Assembly: GCA_019358935.1 (NCBI GenBank) | Contig: JAHHIK010000116.1 | Coordinates: 1-26,173 of the forward strand | Length of the DNA stretch: 26,173 nt | Source: Tolypothrix carrinoi HA7290-LM1 | GTDB taxonomy: Bacteria; Cyanobacteriota; Cyanobacteriia; Cyanobacteriales; Nostocaceae | Reading direction: 5' to 3' | Part shown: positions 1 to 9,344 of the stretch, piece after piece | Layout: every line of letters begins with the position of its first letter | Position numbering within the stretch: the stretch's first letter is position 1 | The notes under the pieces: model-generated | What the model was told of the DNA's origin: nothing | What the model saw: only the letters and a program-made list of their open reading frames with translations | The model's database searches: none | Program-made: the position numbers and the translations under genes

Positions 1-119
1 CATCTTTACGCTCAACTCTATAGCGTAATAATAGCACAAAAAGCACCACTGTGGGGTAAACCCCACGACGTGGTTTTCATCCCCGGCATGAATGCGCGGG
101 GCTTTCAACCTACCTTTTT
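1..119 (-). mobile_element. Left end of an IS200/IS605-family (IS891/IS1341-like) element, continuing off the window
   Basis: Minus strand reads TTAC|AAAAAGGTAGGTTGAAAGCCCCGCGCATTCATGCCGGGGATGAAAACC. It has a subterminal imperfect hairpin (81-101), a second hairpin GTGGGGT-AA-ACCCCAC (51-66), a TGnTATTAT -10-like motif and an ATG at 3..1. There is no TIR, and the insertion is immediately 3' of TTAC (123-120). Confidence 0.75.
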
Positions 120-614
120 GTAAAGATGCTCAATAGTTACGGTGCTGATGGCTCCACCGCCTGTCAGAATATCTCGTAATTGATGCCCTATGAAAGGAAT
201 TGCTTCAATTGTTTGTAGTTCGATGCTAAAACGCCAGTATCCTAGTTGATCCCAGTCTAGGATCATTGCTGTCCAATCCAGACCGATCGCACTCAAGGTA
301 AACAAAATTCCGCTAATCCAAGCAGTCAACCAACTCTTGCGAAATTGTCTGCTTAAAAACATCACCACAATTTGAATTAAGGCAACAATAATTACTGCGT
401 TACCTGCAATATTATGCGCTTTATGAAATAACCAGCCGTAAGTCACTTGCCCATCAATTATTTTCAATGACTCATAAGCGCCGCCTGCTGCTGGTTGATA
501 ATAAAAAGAGAGTAAAATTCCTGTAGTCGCGCTAATCAAGGTCAGAGTCAGAATCGCGACCGATAATATCGTCGATATTCGCCGCCCAATTATATCAAAC
601 CGGGTACTTTCCAT
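105..614 (-). pseudogene. Cytochrome b6/b N-terminal-domain paralog (PetB-like), 3'-truncated by the IS
   Basis: Motifs YYQP, GW..HKAH, WISG, LDWDQLGYW, EAIPFIG, LTGG. Homology stops at TIEHLY, and the final KKVG* is read from the IS end, so helix D is missing. Confidence 0.75.
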
Positions 615-724
615 AGCGATCGCCTCTTTCCTTAGCTTTATATGTATTTTTATTACAGTTTAACTAAGAATTATTAACACTTGATAACTCTTGAGGCGTA
701 GATGTAAATATTATTTAAGCTAAA

Positions 725-1417
725 TTAAGCTAAATATTGCGTCCAAGCTTTTAATGGTTCTGGAGAGCCATACCAAATTCCTCGACTTCTGGGGGAATGG
801 TTGACACCTGAAATCACAATATTTTCGGCTCCTTCTAGATGAGCGGCTTCAATCGGCGTGATACCATCACCCCAAGTATTACCTTTGCCACAAGTTAATT
901 GGTAGCTACTGTAAGCTAACCAGCTACCTCTTCGTCTTACCCCAAAGATAGTTTTGCCGGCTACACAAACATAACGAACGTTTTTGTAAAATGCTCCTGG
1001 GTAGTTATTTTTGACAAAATCCAGATTCCAGCGCGTCCAACGTTCTTGGCTAATATGAGGTGTGCCTAAGGTAACAAGAGTATTAATTAAAGGGTGAGCG
1101 CAATAAACAGACGGTTGCACCTCACCACGTCCTAAGTAAGGCTTTTCTCCCAAGTAAATGCGGGATATCCAACCTCCGGCTGAATGACCAATTAAGTTAA
1201 TTTGAGAAGCGTTACATTGTTGCAATATCTGCTTTACGGTGCGATCAAGTTGCTGCAAAATAGGCGTTACAGGTCTGCCGCCGAGAGTCGGTATCCAGTC
1301 GCGCCGTCGCAGCGGTACTGTGAGGGTGGGAAAACCTGACTGTTGTAAAGATTGTTCGAGTTGACGGTAAGCGATCGCACTTTCTAAATATCCTGGCAAA
1401 ATAACTGTCGGTAATGG
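725..1417 (-). CDS. Alpha/beta-fold hydrolase (lipase/esterase family)
   Basis: GHSAGG nucleophile elbow, LGTPH, GDGITP and a C-terminal His. Likely start MPLPTV at 1417 (ORF extends to 1456). Confidence 0.85.
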   Translation of the reverse strand, partial: PLPTVILPGYLESAIAYRQLEQSLQQSGFPTLTVPLRRRDWIPTLGGRPVTPILQQLDRTVKQILQQCNASQINLIGHSAGGWISRIYLGEKPYLGRGEVQPSVYCAHPLINTLVTLGTPHISQERWTRWNLDFVKNNYPGAFYKNVRYVCVAGKTIFGVRRRGSWLAYSSYQLTCGKGNTWGDGITPIEAAHLEGAENIVISGVNHSPRSRGIWYGSPEPLKAWTQYLA

Positions 1418-2071
1418 CATTTGATAATTTAGATAAAAGTAAGGATTTTTTGACAAAACCCAAATATCTTACTTATACGTAAGTGATTGAGTAAATTAAT
1501 ACTATTTATCGCCGAAATTTGGGAATCAGCCGGAATTATTTACCATCGAAGAATTGCTTTGACTGCAAACGTTGTCAGTAGTAAAGAAGTGCTATTTATT
1601 CATGCAGGGTAAACCAGGAATGACATAATAGCTATTTGAAAAAACTGTTTAAGAGTTTGAATAAAAGTAAGGAATAGTGTATAATACTTAAGAGTTATTA
1701 TTGTAGCTACGTTGTAGACTGAAAAATAGTTGAGTAGTGAAAAAGCGAATTGACTAGTACTAATAGTATATGTTAGCCCAAAGCGATCGCCAAAACTCAG
1801 AGTCAGACTATTTTTTAGCTTGAATTGTCGCTGGTGATAAAAAATCAATAATAAAAACTAATAAATTTCCACGGAAGAGTCAAAAAACGCAACTTTCAGC
1901 ATATTTTAGCGTCGATGCAAAGGATAACCAAAAGCGCAAAAAAGGGAAATATTTCTGTTTTTAGTTTTTGCAGAGAAAGTTATTATTTGTAGTGGAACGC
2001 ATCTGTATGCAGTATCTGTAAAGAGAAAATTACTTTTTTAACGCAACTGAGCCGAGTGAACGAGAATAGCT

Positions 2072-3802
2072 ATGTCTTACGTCTCCCTGCTGAAAAACAT
2101 ACCAGATATCTTAAGCCAGCCTGCTGGAATTGCAGCCATAGCCTCTGTAGGCATTCATGGTGCGATCGCTTTTATTTTGCCCTTGATGCCTGTAGACTCT
2201 AACAAATCTACCAAACAAGTCTCATCAAACAAACCCGTCGGACTCGTTCAATTAAGCCAAGCCGATCAAAACCGTCTGCCACAAATTCCCGGCACATCTC
2301 AGGTTGCCCTAAAGCCGCAAGTTCCCTTACCGAACTTTGCCACCCAGCCAACTAAATTAGCACCTTTGCCCCCAACTTTGTCTAGCTCTAGCCAAGTTAT
2401 ATTGCCCCCCATCCCGAAAACAGCTAATAATTATCCCATCGCCTCTGTACCTCAAGATCAGTCGTTGCGGATAATTCCTCAGACAAAGGCAAATTTTCAA
2501 ATCGACACCTCTGGCTTTAATGCAAGCAAAACAACCGCGCAATCATTTCCGCGGCGTTTTGACAACAATGACGTAAAAATTGCCAGTTCTCCTCAGCCGC
2601 TGTCAGTAGGCGGGTTGCCACAATTACAAGCGGATAATAAAATCCCTGAGGGAATACCTAACACCCCTCCAGTAGTAAGTTCTTCTGATGTGCCGACTAC
2701 ACTGCCTTCTACACCAATACCAGAAGGACAACCGATAGAAACAAGCAGCACTCCACAAACGATGCCGGTGGAAAATGATGTACCGAACACTGCTACTCCA
2801 AATCAAGATTTAATAACTCCTGTGGGAGAAACTCCAAAAGCTGGAGATAATTTAACCTTAGCAGCGGCAAACCTACCGCAATGGCAGCAGTCAAGCGTAA
2901 GCTTACCTGAGTTGCCATTAACTACTCAGAAAGACTATACGGTATCAGCAGCTACACGAGAGTTAACTAACAAAACTACTACCTTGGCAGAACAGTTTGT
3001 TAAAGTCAAACAGCAATACCCCAATATAGAAACGAAACAACCGATTTCCTTAGCGATTGATAAAGCAGGGTTGGATCGTCGAGTTGAGGTAGGTTTGGTA
3101 GTTAATCCAGATGGAAAAGAAGTTGAATCTCTAGAATTTTTGGATAACTCAGTTTCATCTGAAAGCAGAACAGCTATTAGAGAATATTTGCGGGACTATT
3201 TCCAAAAGAATCCGGCTCCGGCTAATGGCAAGCCCAAGTATTACACATTTAGTGTGTCGCCTAATTTATCACCCAAAAATGATGCCGGTAATAGTTCTCA
3301 AACGACTCCACTTTTGCCCGCATCCCCAGTAAATCAAACATCATCAAAAGTACCCCAAGCAAGTGAAAAACCACTTTCGGGATTAAGAATTACCAGCAAA
3401 CAGCCTTTGAGTATACCCCAAGCACCCGAAAAACCATTACCAGAATTGCCAGTCGGGGGTAAACAGCCTTTGCTGCTACCGCAAGTCAACAAACCACAAT
3501 CATCAGCACAAGTCAGAAAAAATCCGACTTTGCCTGTATTGGAACCGAATCGACAGCAGTTGTCACAAGTGCAAGCTAGCGTCCAACCTTCACCTATAGC
3601 GCAAGTCAATAAACAACAATTATTAGGAGCGCGAATTAGGAATAATCAAGCTTTGCCCACACCCGAAGCAACTGCGAAACCATCATTTGCTCCCGAAATC
3701 AGCAGCAATCAGACTTCCCCCACTGCTAAACCGAGTCAAAAACTCTTACAGCAGTTGCGCGAATTGAGGGAACAAAGAGAAACCTCTAATCAAGAAAAAT
3801 AA
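2072..3802 (+). CDS. Membrane-anchored Pro/Gln-rich TonB-like protein (possible SjdR/TonB1 ortholog)
   Basis: N-terminal TM helix with TonB-type S-x3-H (ASVGIHG), long Pro/Ser/Gln-rich linkers, one small central globular segment, no clear C-terminal TonB_C domain. Confidence 0.6.
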   Translation: MSYVSLLKNIPDILSQPAGIAAIASVGIHGAIAFILPLMPVDSNKSTKQVSSNKPVGLVQLSQADQNRLPQIPGTSQVALKPQVPLPNFATQPTKLAPLPPTLSSSSQVILPPIPKTANNYPIASVPQDQSLRIIPQTKANFQIDTSGFNASKTTAQSFPRRFDNNDVKIASSPQPLSVGGLPQLQADNKIPEGIPNTPPVVSSSDVPTTLPSTPIPEGQPIETSSTPQTMPVENDVPNTATPNQDLITPVGETPKAGDNLTLAAANLPQWQQSSVSLPELPLTTQKDYTVSAATRELTNKTTTLAEQFVKVKQQYPNIETKQPISLAIDKAGLDRRVEVGLVVNPDGKEVESLEFLDNSVSSESRTAIREYLRDYFQKNPAPANGKPKYYTFSVSPNLSPKNDAGNSSQTTPLLPASPVNQTSSKVPQASEKPLSGLRITSKQPLSIPQAPEKPLPELPVGGKQPLLLPQVNKPQSSAQVRKNPTLPVLEPNRQQLSQVQASVQPSPIAQVNKQQLLGARIRNNQALPTPEATAKPSFAPEISSNQTSPTAKPSQKLLQQLRELREQRETSNQEK

Positions 3803-3971
3803 AAGGGCAGCAGGAGTTAGGAGGAGCGGAGTTAGGAGTTAGAAGTCAAGAAAACTTTCATTTATTCTGGCTTCTGGCTTATGACTCCTAAGTACTTATT
3901 TATAAAATTTGTTTTCTTTGAGATTAGGGATTGGGGGATTAGGAATAACCTCCCAGTCCTTATTCTGTAAT

Positions 3972-4313
3972 CTACCAGCCAAGTTCTGCTTGTTGGGAAA
4001 CGTAAGCGGCTACTTCCATAATCTCTTGAGGAGTTAACTTATCCTTAAAAGCAGGCATCGCATTTTTCCCATTTTGAACTTGGTGAGTAATTGCGGCAAT
4101 AGAGTCAACATCATAATTTTCCAGGTACTTTGACAAAGCTTCCTTTTTTAAAGTTTTCTGCTCGATGAGAATGTTACCACCACCGATGTGACAAGAGGCG
4201 CAGTTAGCATTGAAGATTTTGGCACCGTTAGATGTATCGACAGCTAATGCAGGATAAATGAATGTAAATTCCAGAGCGATCGCTAATAGCAAAATTAATA
4301 AAAATATTCTCAA
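3972..4313 (-). CDS. petJ: Cytochrome c6-like protein (probably the c6-3/c6D-type paralog of heterocystous strains)
   Basis: Signal peptide (PALA), CASCH heme motif, GKNAMPAF axial Met, terminal GW. TTG start with AAGGAG RBS. Confidence 0.85.
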   Translation of the reverse strand: MRIFLLILLLAIALEFTFIYPALAVDTSNGAKIFNANCASCHIGGGNILIEQKTLKKEALSKYLENYDVDSIAAITHQVQNGKNAMPAFKDKLTPQEIMEVAAYVSQQAELGW

Positions 4314-4392
4314 GTAATTCTCCTTGCAAACAGGGAAAGGTGCAACTTAAAAAACCGTTTTTTGCATATCCTACAGGCTATAAGCCTGTGTC

Positions 4393-4460
4393 TATACGAA
4401 CAAAGCCCGCCTTCGCGGGCTAGAATATCATAGCCCGCCTTCGCGGGCTTAGTTTGTATA
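4393..4460. repeat. REP-like doublet: two AGCCCGCCTTCGCGGGCT palindromes inside imperfect inverted flanks
   Basis: Identical 18-mers at 4404-4421 and 4432-4449; flanks TATACGAACAAAG / CTTAGTTTGTATA. Confidence 0.8.
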
Positions 4461-4694
4461 ACGATACCCTAGAAGGGTGTTGACTTAACAATATCCTTTC
4501 ATACTATATATAATTGACGGTTCCGAAGCTTATCCCCGATTAGCGCTACGTAGCGTTTAGCATCTGGTGATGAGGATAGGACTCAGAACCGTTTGATATG
4601 CATCGTCTTAGCCTGACAAAATGTAGCCTAAGGATACATAATGAGAACTTTGCCCAGGAGCAAGAAAAATCATCTTGCTGTCACAGCATTATTC

Positions 4695-5114
4695 TTAGCC
4701 TTCAACAGTGAGTTTACCAACCATGCCTGCGCCACGGTGAGGTTCGCAGTAGAATGTGTATTCACCAGCAGGAGCGTCTGCGGGGATGGTGGTTGTTAGC
4801 TTTTGACCAGGACTCATCAGCAGTTGCTTGTGAGATAGTCCTTTGGCTAGCTCGGCGCTTTTAGCAGGATTTTTGGCTTTATCAAAGACAACATTATGGG
4901 GAGGCATCTTGTTGTTCACCCATTCAATTGTGTCACCTGGTTTAACACTCAACTTTTTGGGTTGAAACTGAAGCAGACCTTTATCGCTGCCTAGTTTAAC
5001 CGTATAGGTTTCAGCCGCAGCGCTGGGAGCGAAAACAGCAAAGCTGCTCACTACTAAACAGATTGTTAAAACAGCTAAACCCAATCGCCGCAAACTAGCT
5101 GCAATCAATTTCAT
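4695..5114 (-). CDS. petE: Plastocyanin
   Basis: Signal peptide [18 protein letters not shown] and [10 protein letters not shown] copper ligands. Confidence 0.98.
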   Translation of the reverse strand: MKLIAASLRRLGLAVLTICLVVSSFAVFAPSAAAETYTVKLGSDKGLLQFQPKKLSVKPGDTIEWVNNKMPPHNVVFDKAKNPAKSAELAKGLSHKQLLMSPGQKLTTTIPADAPAGEYTFYCEPHRGAGMVGKLTVEG

Positions 5115-5178
5115 GACTTTCTCCTAAACATTCACTTTTATCTTGCCTTTCTCATTTTAGATATAAATGAACGCTAAA

Positions 5179-5195
5179 TATGACAATCTGTCATA
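5179..5195. promoter_or_regulatory. Palindrome TATGACA-ATC-TGTCATA (GAC-N5-GTC), probable PetR copper-switch operator at the petE promoter
   Basis: Perfect 7-bp arms about 65 bp upstream of the petE ATG, overlapping the -35 region of a TAAAAT -10 box (5159-5154, minus strand). The PetR motif is recalled, not searched. Confidence 0.7.
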
Positions 5196-5273
5196 GATAA
5201 TATTTTTTTTTCAATTTTGAGCAATAGTACTGGTGTAAAAGCCGAATAACGCGCCTCAAATCTAGATATAGGT

Positions 5274-5774
5274 TTAGTTGCTAAAAAGTTCTGTACCCCA
5301 ACCAGGAGCTTTTTTTGCCGCTGTCAAAACGAAAGCAGCTAAATTTTCTACCTGCTGTTGCGATAGCACGCTAGGAGCTAGCTGACGACACCAATAAGTT
5401 TCTTCACTACCGTCGTAGGTCATCGGTTGTCGCATAAAGGCAACCAGACCGTTAATATTATCACGCGGCGGAGTAGCTTGTTTAAGTTTTGTCAGAGACA
5501 GAGACACTTCCGGGTCTGGTAAAGTTGCCCCACCAACGTGGCAATTTATACAATTAGTTGCAAACAGTTGTTTGCCATCTGATAGTTGTTGTGGTGAAAA
5601 CTCTTTTGTATTGCCTTGCCCATCTAAGTCAAGGGTAATTTGCTCAGTGATATGCAAATAACGGGCTATGTAAAAGTCAATATTAGCAGCTTGGGCGGGT
5701 AAACTACGGCTGAAAATTATCAGTATAATTACCAAAAATAGTGATATATAGCGAACTAAGAACCAAGAAAGCAT
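5274..5774 (-). CDS. psbV2: Photosystem II cytochrome PsbV2
   Basis: CINCH heme motif, PPRDN, MRQPMTYDG, YWCR (Cys axial-ligand region), APGWG. Directly downstream of psbV; likely start at 5774. Confidence 0.9.
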   Translation of the reverse strand: MLSWFLVRYISLFLVIILIIFSRSLPAQAANIDFYIARYLHITEQITLDLDGQGNTKEFSPQQLSDGKQLFATNCINCHVGGATLPDPEVSLSLTKLKQATPPRDNINGLVAFMRQPMTYDGSEETYWCRQLAPSVLSQQQVENLAAFVLTAAKKAPGWGTELFSN

Positions 5775-5993
5775 TCTTCTGCCTAAGACTGTAGTGTTAG
5801 AGTTCTCATTACTAAGTCTAGGGATTAGGGATGAGGAATTGATAATAAATATGAAGTAAGAAAAATTTCCGCCTTCATCTTTTAAATTGCCCCAGTCCCT
5901 AAACCCTTGACTTAACAACTTCTTGTTAAAGCGATCGCGGTTTTTTCAGACATTGATCGCCCAAAACCGATAACTTAGCATCCAGTGAAGAGT

Positions 5994-6485
5994 TTAGTAA
6001 TAGATTTTACCGCCACCCCACTGCTTGCCAACAACTTTAGGTTGCAGGAGAATGTGACCGGCGATCGCCTTTAAATCCTCGTCAGTCAAATTTCTCATTT
6101 CTGTGAAAATATCTGCACTCTTGATGCTGGGATGTATTTCCGAAATCTCCTCCTCACCGTCGTAAGTGGTGGGATTTTTCATGTAGTCTACCAAACCTTC
6201 AATGTTATTACGGTTTGGTGTAGCTAATGCGAGAGCTTCCGGCTCAAGTCCCACGTTTTGGTTAGTCTTGGTAACACCACCCGCGTGACATTGGGCACAA
6301 GCGTAGTTAAATAAACGTTTGCCTTCTTTAACTTCTTTAAGGCTGAGGACAGTGGTATCACCGCTCTCATTTAATGGTACCGCCCGCGTTTGTTCGGTTA
6401 GTTCCAGGGCTGTTGCGCTACCCACAACAAACTGAAACGTCAGTAAAACAGTAGCCAAAATAATGCCAATTAATCTTTTTAACAT
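5994..6485 (-). CDS. psbV: Photosystem II cytochrome c550
   Basis: CAQCH, KNPTTYDG, EIHPS, WGGGKIYY. Confidence 0.98.
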   Translation of the reverse strand: MLKRLIGIILATVLLTFQFVVGSATALELTEQTRAVPLNESGDTTVLSLKEVKEGKRLFNYACAQCHAGGVTKTNQNVGLEPEALALATPNRNNIEGLVDYMKNPTTYDGEEEISEIHPSIKSADIFTEMRNLTDEDLKAIAGHILLQPKVVGKQWGGGKIYY

Positions 6486-6726
6486 GTTTCCCCTTAAATG
6501 TTTTGACGCTCAACACAGCACTTGACAGCGATACTCAATCTCAAAAATGCTAATCGCCAATAGCTAATTGCTCTTTGCTCTTAGCCACTACCAGTTTGCC
6601 CTTATAAAGACAGCACCTTTTCTAAAGCAACGCTCTCCAGGAGTTGCTATCTAACGAATCGCACGATTGAGTTGCTGTTATACCAATATCACGTTCGGAG
6701 TCCAATTTGTTCCCCAAAATACTGAG

Positions 6727-6977
6727 TGGGGATCGGGAGGTGGGGGGATGGGAGAGGGGGGAGCTGGGGGAGCTGGGGGAGCTGGGGATGGGGAGAGGGG
6801 GGGATGGGGAGAGGGGGAGGGGGAGATGGGGGAGCTGGGGAGGCAAATTCTCCCTTGTCTCCTTGTCTCCTTGTCTCCCTTGTCCCCTTGTCTCCTTGTC
6901 TCCCTTGTCTCCTTGTCTCCCTTGTCCCCTTGTCTCCTTGTCTCCCTTGTCCCCTTGTCTCCCCCCCTCTCCCCTCC
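6727..6977. repeat. STRR-type low-complexity block: G-rich 7-9-mers followed by (CTCCTTGT/TCCCTTGTC)n
   Basis: GGGGAGCTG and GGGGATG repeats at 6727-6841, CCTTGTCT(C) repeats at ~6850-6960, C-rich tail. Confidence 0.9.
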
Positions 6978-7813
6978 TAACCCTTGCCACCTGTAAAAGT
7001 TACGCTTTGAATAAAGTAGCGGTTGAAAAAGGCATAAATACTTAAAGCTGGCAGGGTGAACACCATAGAAGCTGCCATAATGTAGTTCCAATAGCTGATA
7101 TATTGCCCTTTAAAGGTGTTCAGTCCTAAGGGTAGGGTAAACATTTCTGGGTCAAACAAAATCACCACAGGCAACAAGAAATTATTCCAACTACCCATGA
7201 AGACAAAAACTGCTTGTGCTGCTAGTGCGGGTTTTGCTAAAGGCAGAACTATATAACGGAAAATTCCAAACGGTGTTAAACCATCTAGTTGAGCAGCTTC
7301 TTCTAATTCTTTAGGAAAATTAATGAAAAACTGCCGCATCATGAAGATGAAGGTAGCATTGACTATGCTGGGGACAATCATGCCTTGGTAAGAATTTAGC
7401 CAGCCGATCGCTTTTAAAATCAAAAATGTGGGAATCAACGTGACTTGTGCCGGTACTGCTAGCACTGCCAAAATCAAAAAGAACCACAAGCGCTTCCCCT
7501 TAAAGCGTAACCGCGCTAAAGCATAACCTGCCATCGAGTTAAACAGTAAGTTTAAAATCGTCACGCACACGGCAATAAACACACTATTAAATAGCCAGCG
7601 GAAAAATAACGGTTCTTGAAGAAAGATTTGTTTGTAGTTGTCAAGAGTGAAATTGTGTGGTAGGAAATTAGATTCACCGCTGACGATTTCTGATAGGGGC
7701 TTGAATGAAGCAGAAAGCGCCCACACAAAAGGAATCAGAGTGATGACAGCATATAGCGTCAGCACGAGGTATAGCAGTCCTTTTAACCAAGGAGTGCGAG
7801 AAATACTAGTCAA
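6977..7813 (-). CDS. Carbohydrate ABC transporter permease (MalG-type; GlsP-like)
   Basis: Six TM segments, EEAAQLDG EAA loop, WNNFLLP. Adjacent to psbV, as recalled for Anabaena all0261. Confidence 0.92.
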   Translation of the reverse strand: MTSISRTPWLKGLLYLVLTLYAVITLIPFVWALSASFKPLSEIVSGESNFLPHNFTLDNYKQIFLQEPLFFRWLFNSVFIAVCVTILNLLFNSMAGYALARLRFKGKRLWFFLILAVLAVPAQVTLIPTFLILKAIGWLNSYQGMIVPSIVNATFIFMMRQFFINFPKELEEAAQLDGLTPFGIFRYIVLPLAKPALAAQAVFVFMGSWNNFLLPVVILFDPEMFTLPLGLNTFKGQYISYWNYIMAASMVFTLPALSIYAFFNRYFIQSVTFTGGKG

Positions 7814-8718
7814 ATTTTTTCACCTCCAAAGAAGCGGCGTTGAATTAAAGTAGTGGTGATGATGACAGCTGCTAACAAAAAGGCGATCGCTGCTGCATAT
7901 CCCATCTGTAAGTTGCGAAAAACAGCTTGGTATATCAATAAAACTATCGTCAGAGTGGCGTTATTTGGTCCACCATTGCCATTAGAGAAGATATAAGATT
8001 GGTCAAACAGTTGAAATGTGCCAATCACCCCTACAGCCATCACAAAAAAGGTTACAGGCTTAAGCAAGGGTACAGTAATCCGGATAAACTTCTGCCATTG
8101 ATTCGCTCCATCTAACTCTGCGGCTTCGTAAAGAGTTTGCGGTATATCCTGCAACGCTGCCAGGTAGATTACCATGTAGAATGGCGCGGTTGACCAAATA
8201 TTCATCAGCATAATACCTTTGAGCGCCACTGCTGGATCGCCCAACCAGTTATAAGTTGGCAGTCCCACAAAAGCGAGAAAATCATTCAGCAGCCCATCGG
8301 TGTTATAAATCCACATAAAAATCAGCGTCAAAACTGCTGAAGATGTGACTGTCGGCAAAAAGTAAAGAATTCGCCACCAGTTTTTCCCGCGAATGCCAGA
8401 ATTAAGTGTTACTGCCAAAATTAAAGCGAGAATTGTTTGAGTTGGCACTACAATAACTACATATTGCACTGTGTTCCCAAGAGCAATCCACACCCTTTCA
8501 TCTTCAACGAGTCGCGTGAAGTTGCGAAAACCGATGAATTGATACTTTATCCCCCCTAACAGTTGGACTTTTTGTAGAGAAAGAAACACAGCGTAAAGGA
8601 TGGGTAAGACAACAAAAGTCCCCATCACCAAAATGGTTGGCGTGATAAACAGGTATCCGGCAAGGTTTTCTGTAATGTTTAACCTGGGTTGCCTTTGTCG
8701 TCTTTCGATTTCCAACAC
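7810..8718 (-). CDS. Carbohydrate ABC transporter permease (MalF-type)
   Basis: LYEAAELDGA EAA motif, FQLFDQ, GYAAA. GTG start with GGAGG RBS; 4-bp overlap with the next permease. Confidence 0.92.
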   Translation of the reverse strand: MLEIERRQRQPRLNITENLAGYLFITPTILVMGTFVVLPILYAVFLSLQKVQLLGGIKYQFIGFRNFTRLVEDERVWIALGNTVQYVVIVVPTQTILALILAVTLNSGIRGKNWWRILYFLPTVTSSAVLTLIFMWIYNTDGLLNDFLAFVGLPTYNWLGDPAVALKGIMLMNIWSTAPFYMVIYLAALQDIPQTLYEAAELDGANQWQKFIRITVPLLKPVTFFVMAVGVIGTFQLFDQSYIFSNGNGGPNNATLTIVLLIYQAVFRNLQMGYAAAIAFLLAAVIITTTLIQRRFFGGEKI

Positions 8719-8779
8719 AAATCTAACCTCCGCCTAATTCAGCACCAAAGAAGATTATTTATCGTACTCCTGCGCGGAC

Positions 8780-8827
8780 GTAGTACGCACTTTAGTGCGT
8801 TAATATAAGCGCTGAAACGCTTACTAC
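8780..8827. repeat. GTAG...CTAC REP-like double hairpin
   Basis: GTAGTACGCACTTTAGTGCGT-TAATAT-AAGCGCTGAAACGCTTACTAC. Confidence 0.6.
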
Positions 8828-8861
8828 TTGGCGTAAACGAATCTTTTTTATGCTTTTGAGC

Positions 8862-9071
8862 TTCGGAACTCGAAACTTGATGTTCAGAACTCGAAACTTG
8901 ATGTTCAGAACTCGAAACTTGATGTTCAGAACTCGAAACTTGATGTTCAGAACTCGAAAGTTCGTGTTCGGAACTCGAAACTTGATGTTCGGAACATGAA
9001 ACTTCGTGTTCGGAACATGAAACTTCGTGTTCGGAACTCGAAACTTGATGTTCGGAACTCGAAACTTGATG
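8862..9071. repeat. Tandem array of 10 x 21 bp (TTCGGAACTCGAAACTTGATG)
   Basis: Ten contiguous units with few variants and no spacers. ATGCTTTTG occurs at both flanks (8850-8858, 9069-9077). Confidence 0.95.
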
Positions 9072-9237
9072 CTTTTGGGTGGAAGCGTCAAGTTTAAAAC
9101 ACAAATCTTCTTACTGTAAATGAAATCTATCGTGTTGGCATTGTTTTAAATCAAATCTGAACTGCTTATATATCAACTTAGTTTTCTAAGTAAGAGCCAG
9201 ATTTGACAAAAATAACAGCCAAATAAATATCAACTTA

Positions 9238-9283
9238 ATCAAAGGAATATTCATTGCGATCGCCTATGAAAACCTTATAGGCT
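9238..9283 (+). promoter_or_regulatory. Shared PEP-CTERM upstream box plus putative promoter, copy 1
   Basis: ATCAAAGGAATATTCATTGCGA-N18-TAGGCT. Confidence 0.6.
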
Positions 9284-9344
9284 TTTGGCGAAAGCGTAGA
9301 GAAACTCTACTCTATTTTTCTACCACTCACACCCAGGTGCTATA

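Noticed and set aside
1..128. CATCTTTAC (1-9) and GTAAAGATG (120-128) as terminal inverted repeats of a MITE
   Set aside because: 120-128 encodes the HLY of the host gene and 1-9 is cut by the window edge. The TTAC plus hairpin signature fits IS200/IS605 better, so this is probably coincidence.
105..614. Calling this the canonical petB
   Set aside because: Too divergent from the highly conserved cytochrome b6, lacks the second helix-B His, and is disrupted.
1600..1848. Short ORFs in AT-rich intergenic DNA or antisense to genes (1600-1848, 12915-13229, 13363-13545, 25346-25528 and others)
   Set aside because: No motifs; they overlap promoters, relics or real genes on the other strand.
5775..5918. 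N-terminal ORF extensions of psbV2 (also SBP 16782-16922, pilD 21551-21580, accD 20065-20079)
   Set aside because: Downstream ATGs give typical signal peptides or N-termini; some extensions run through repeats.
6622..7091. Multiple overlapping ORFs across STRR blocks (also 18429-19191, 20463-20784, 21555-21832, 22206-22553)
   Set aside because: Low-complexity translations of repeats in several frames at once.
8862..9071. 21-bp arrays (also 15304-15429 and 24511-24762) as CRISPR arrays
   Set aside because: Units are contiguous with no unique spacers, and there are no cas genes in the window.
8739..9104. ORFs 8739-9104 and 8792-9091 (SSEHQVS / FRVPNIK repeats)
   Set aside because: They are open only because the 21-bp unit lacks stops in those frames; no other coding evidence.
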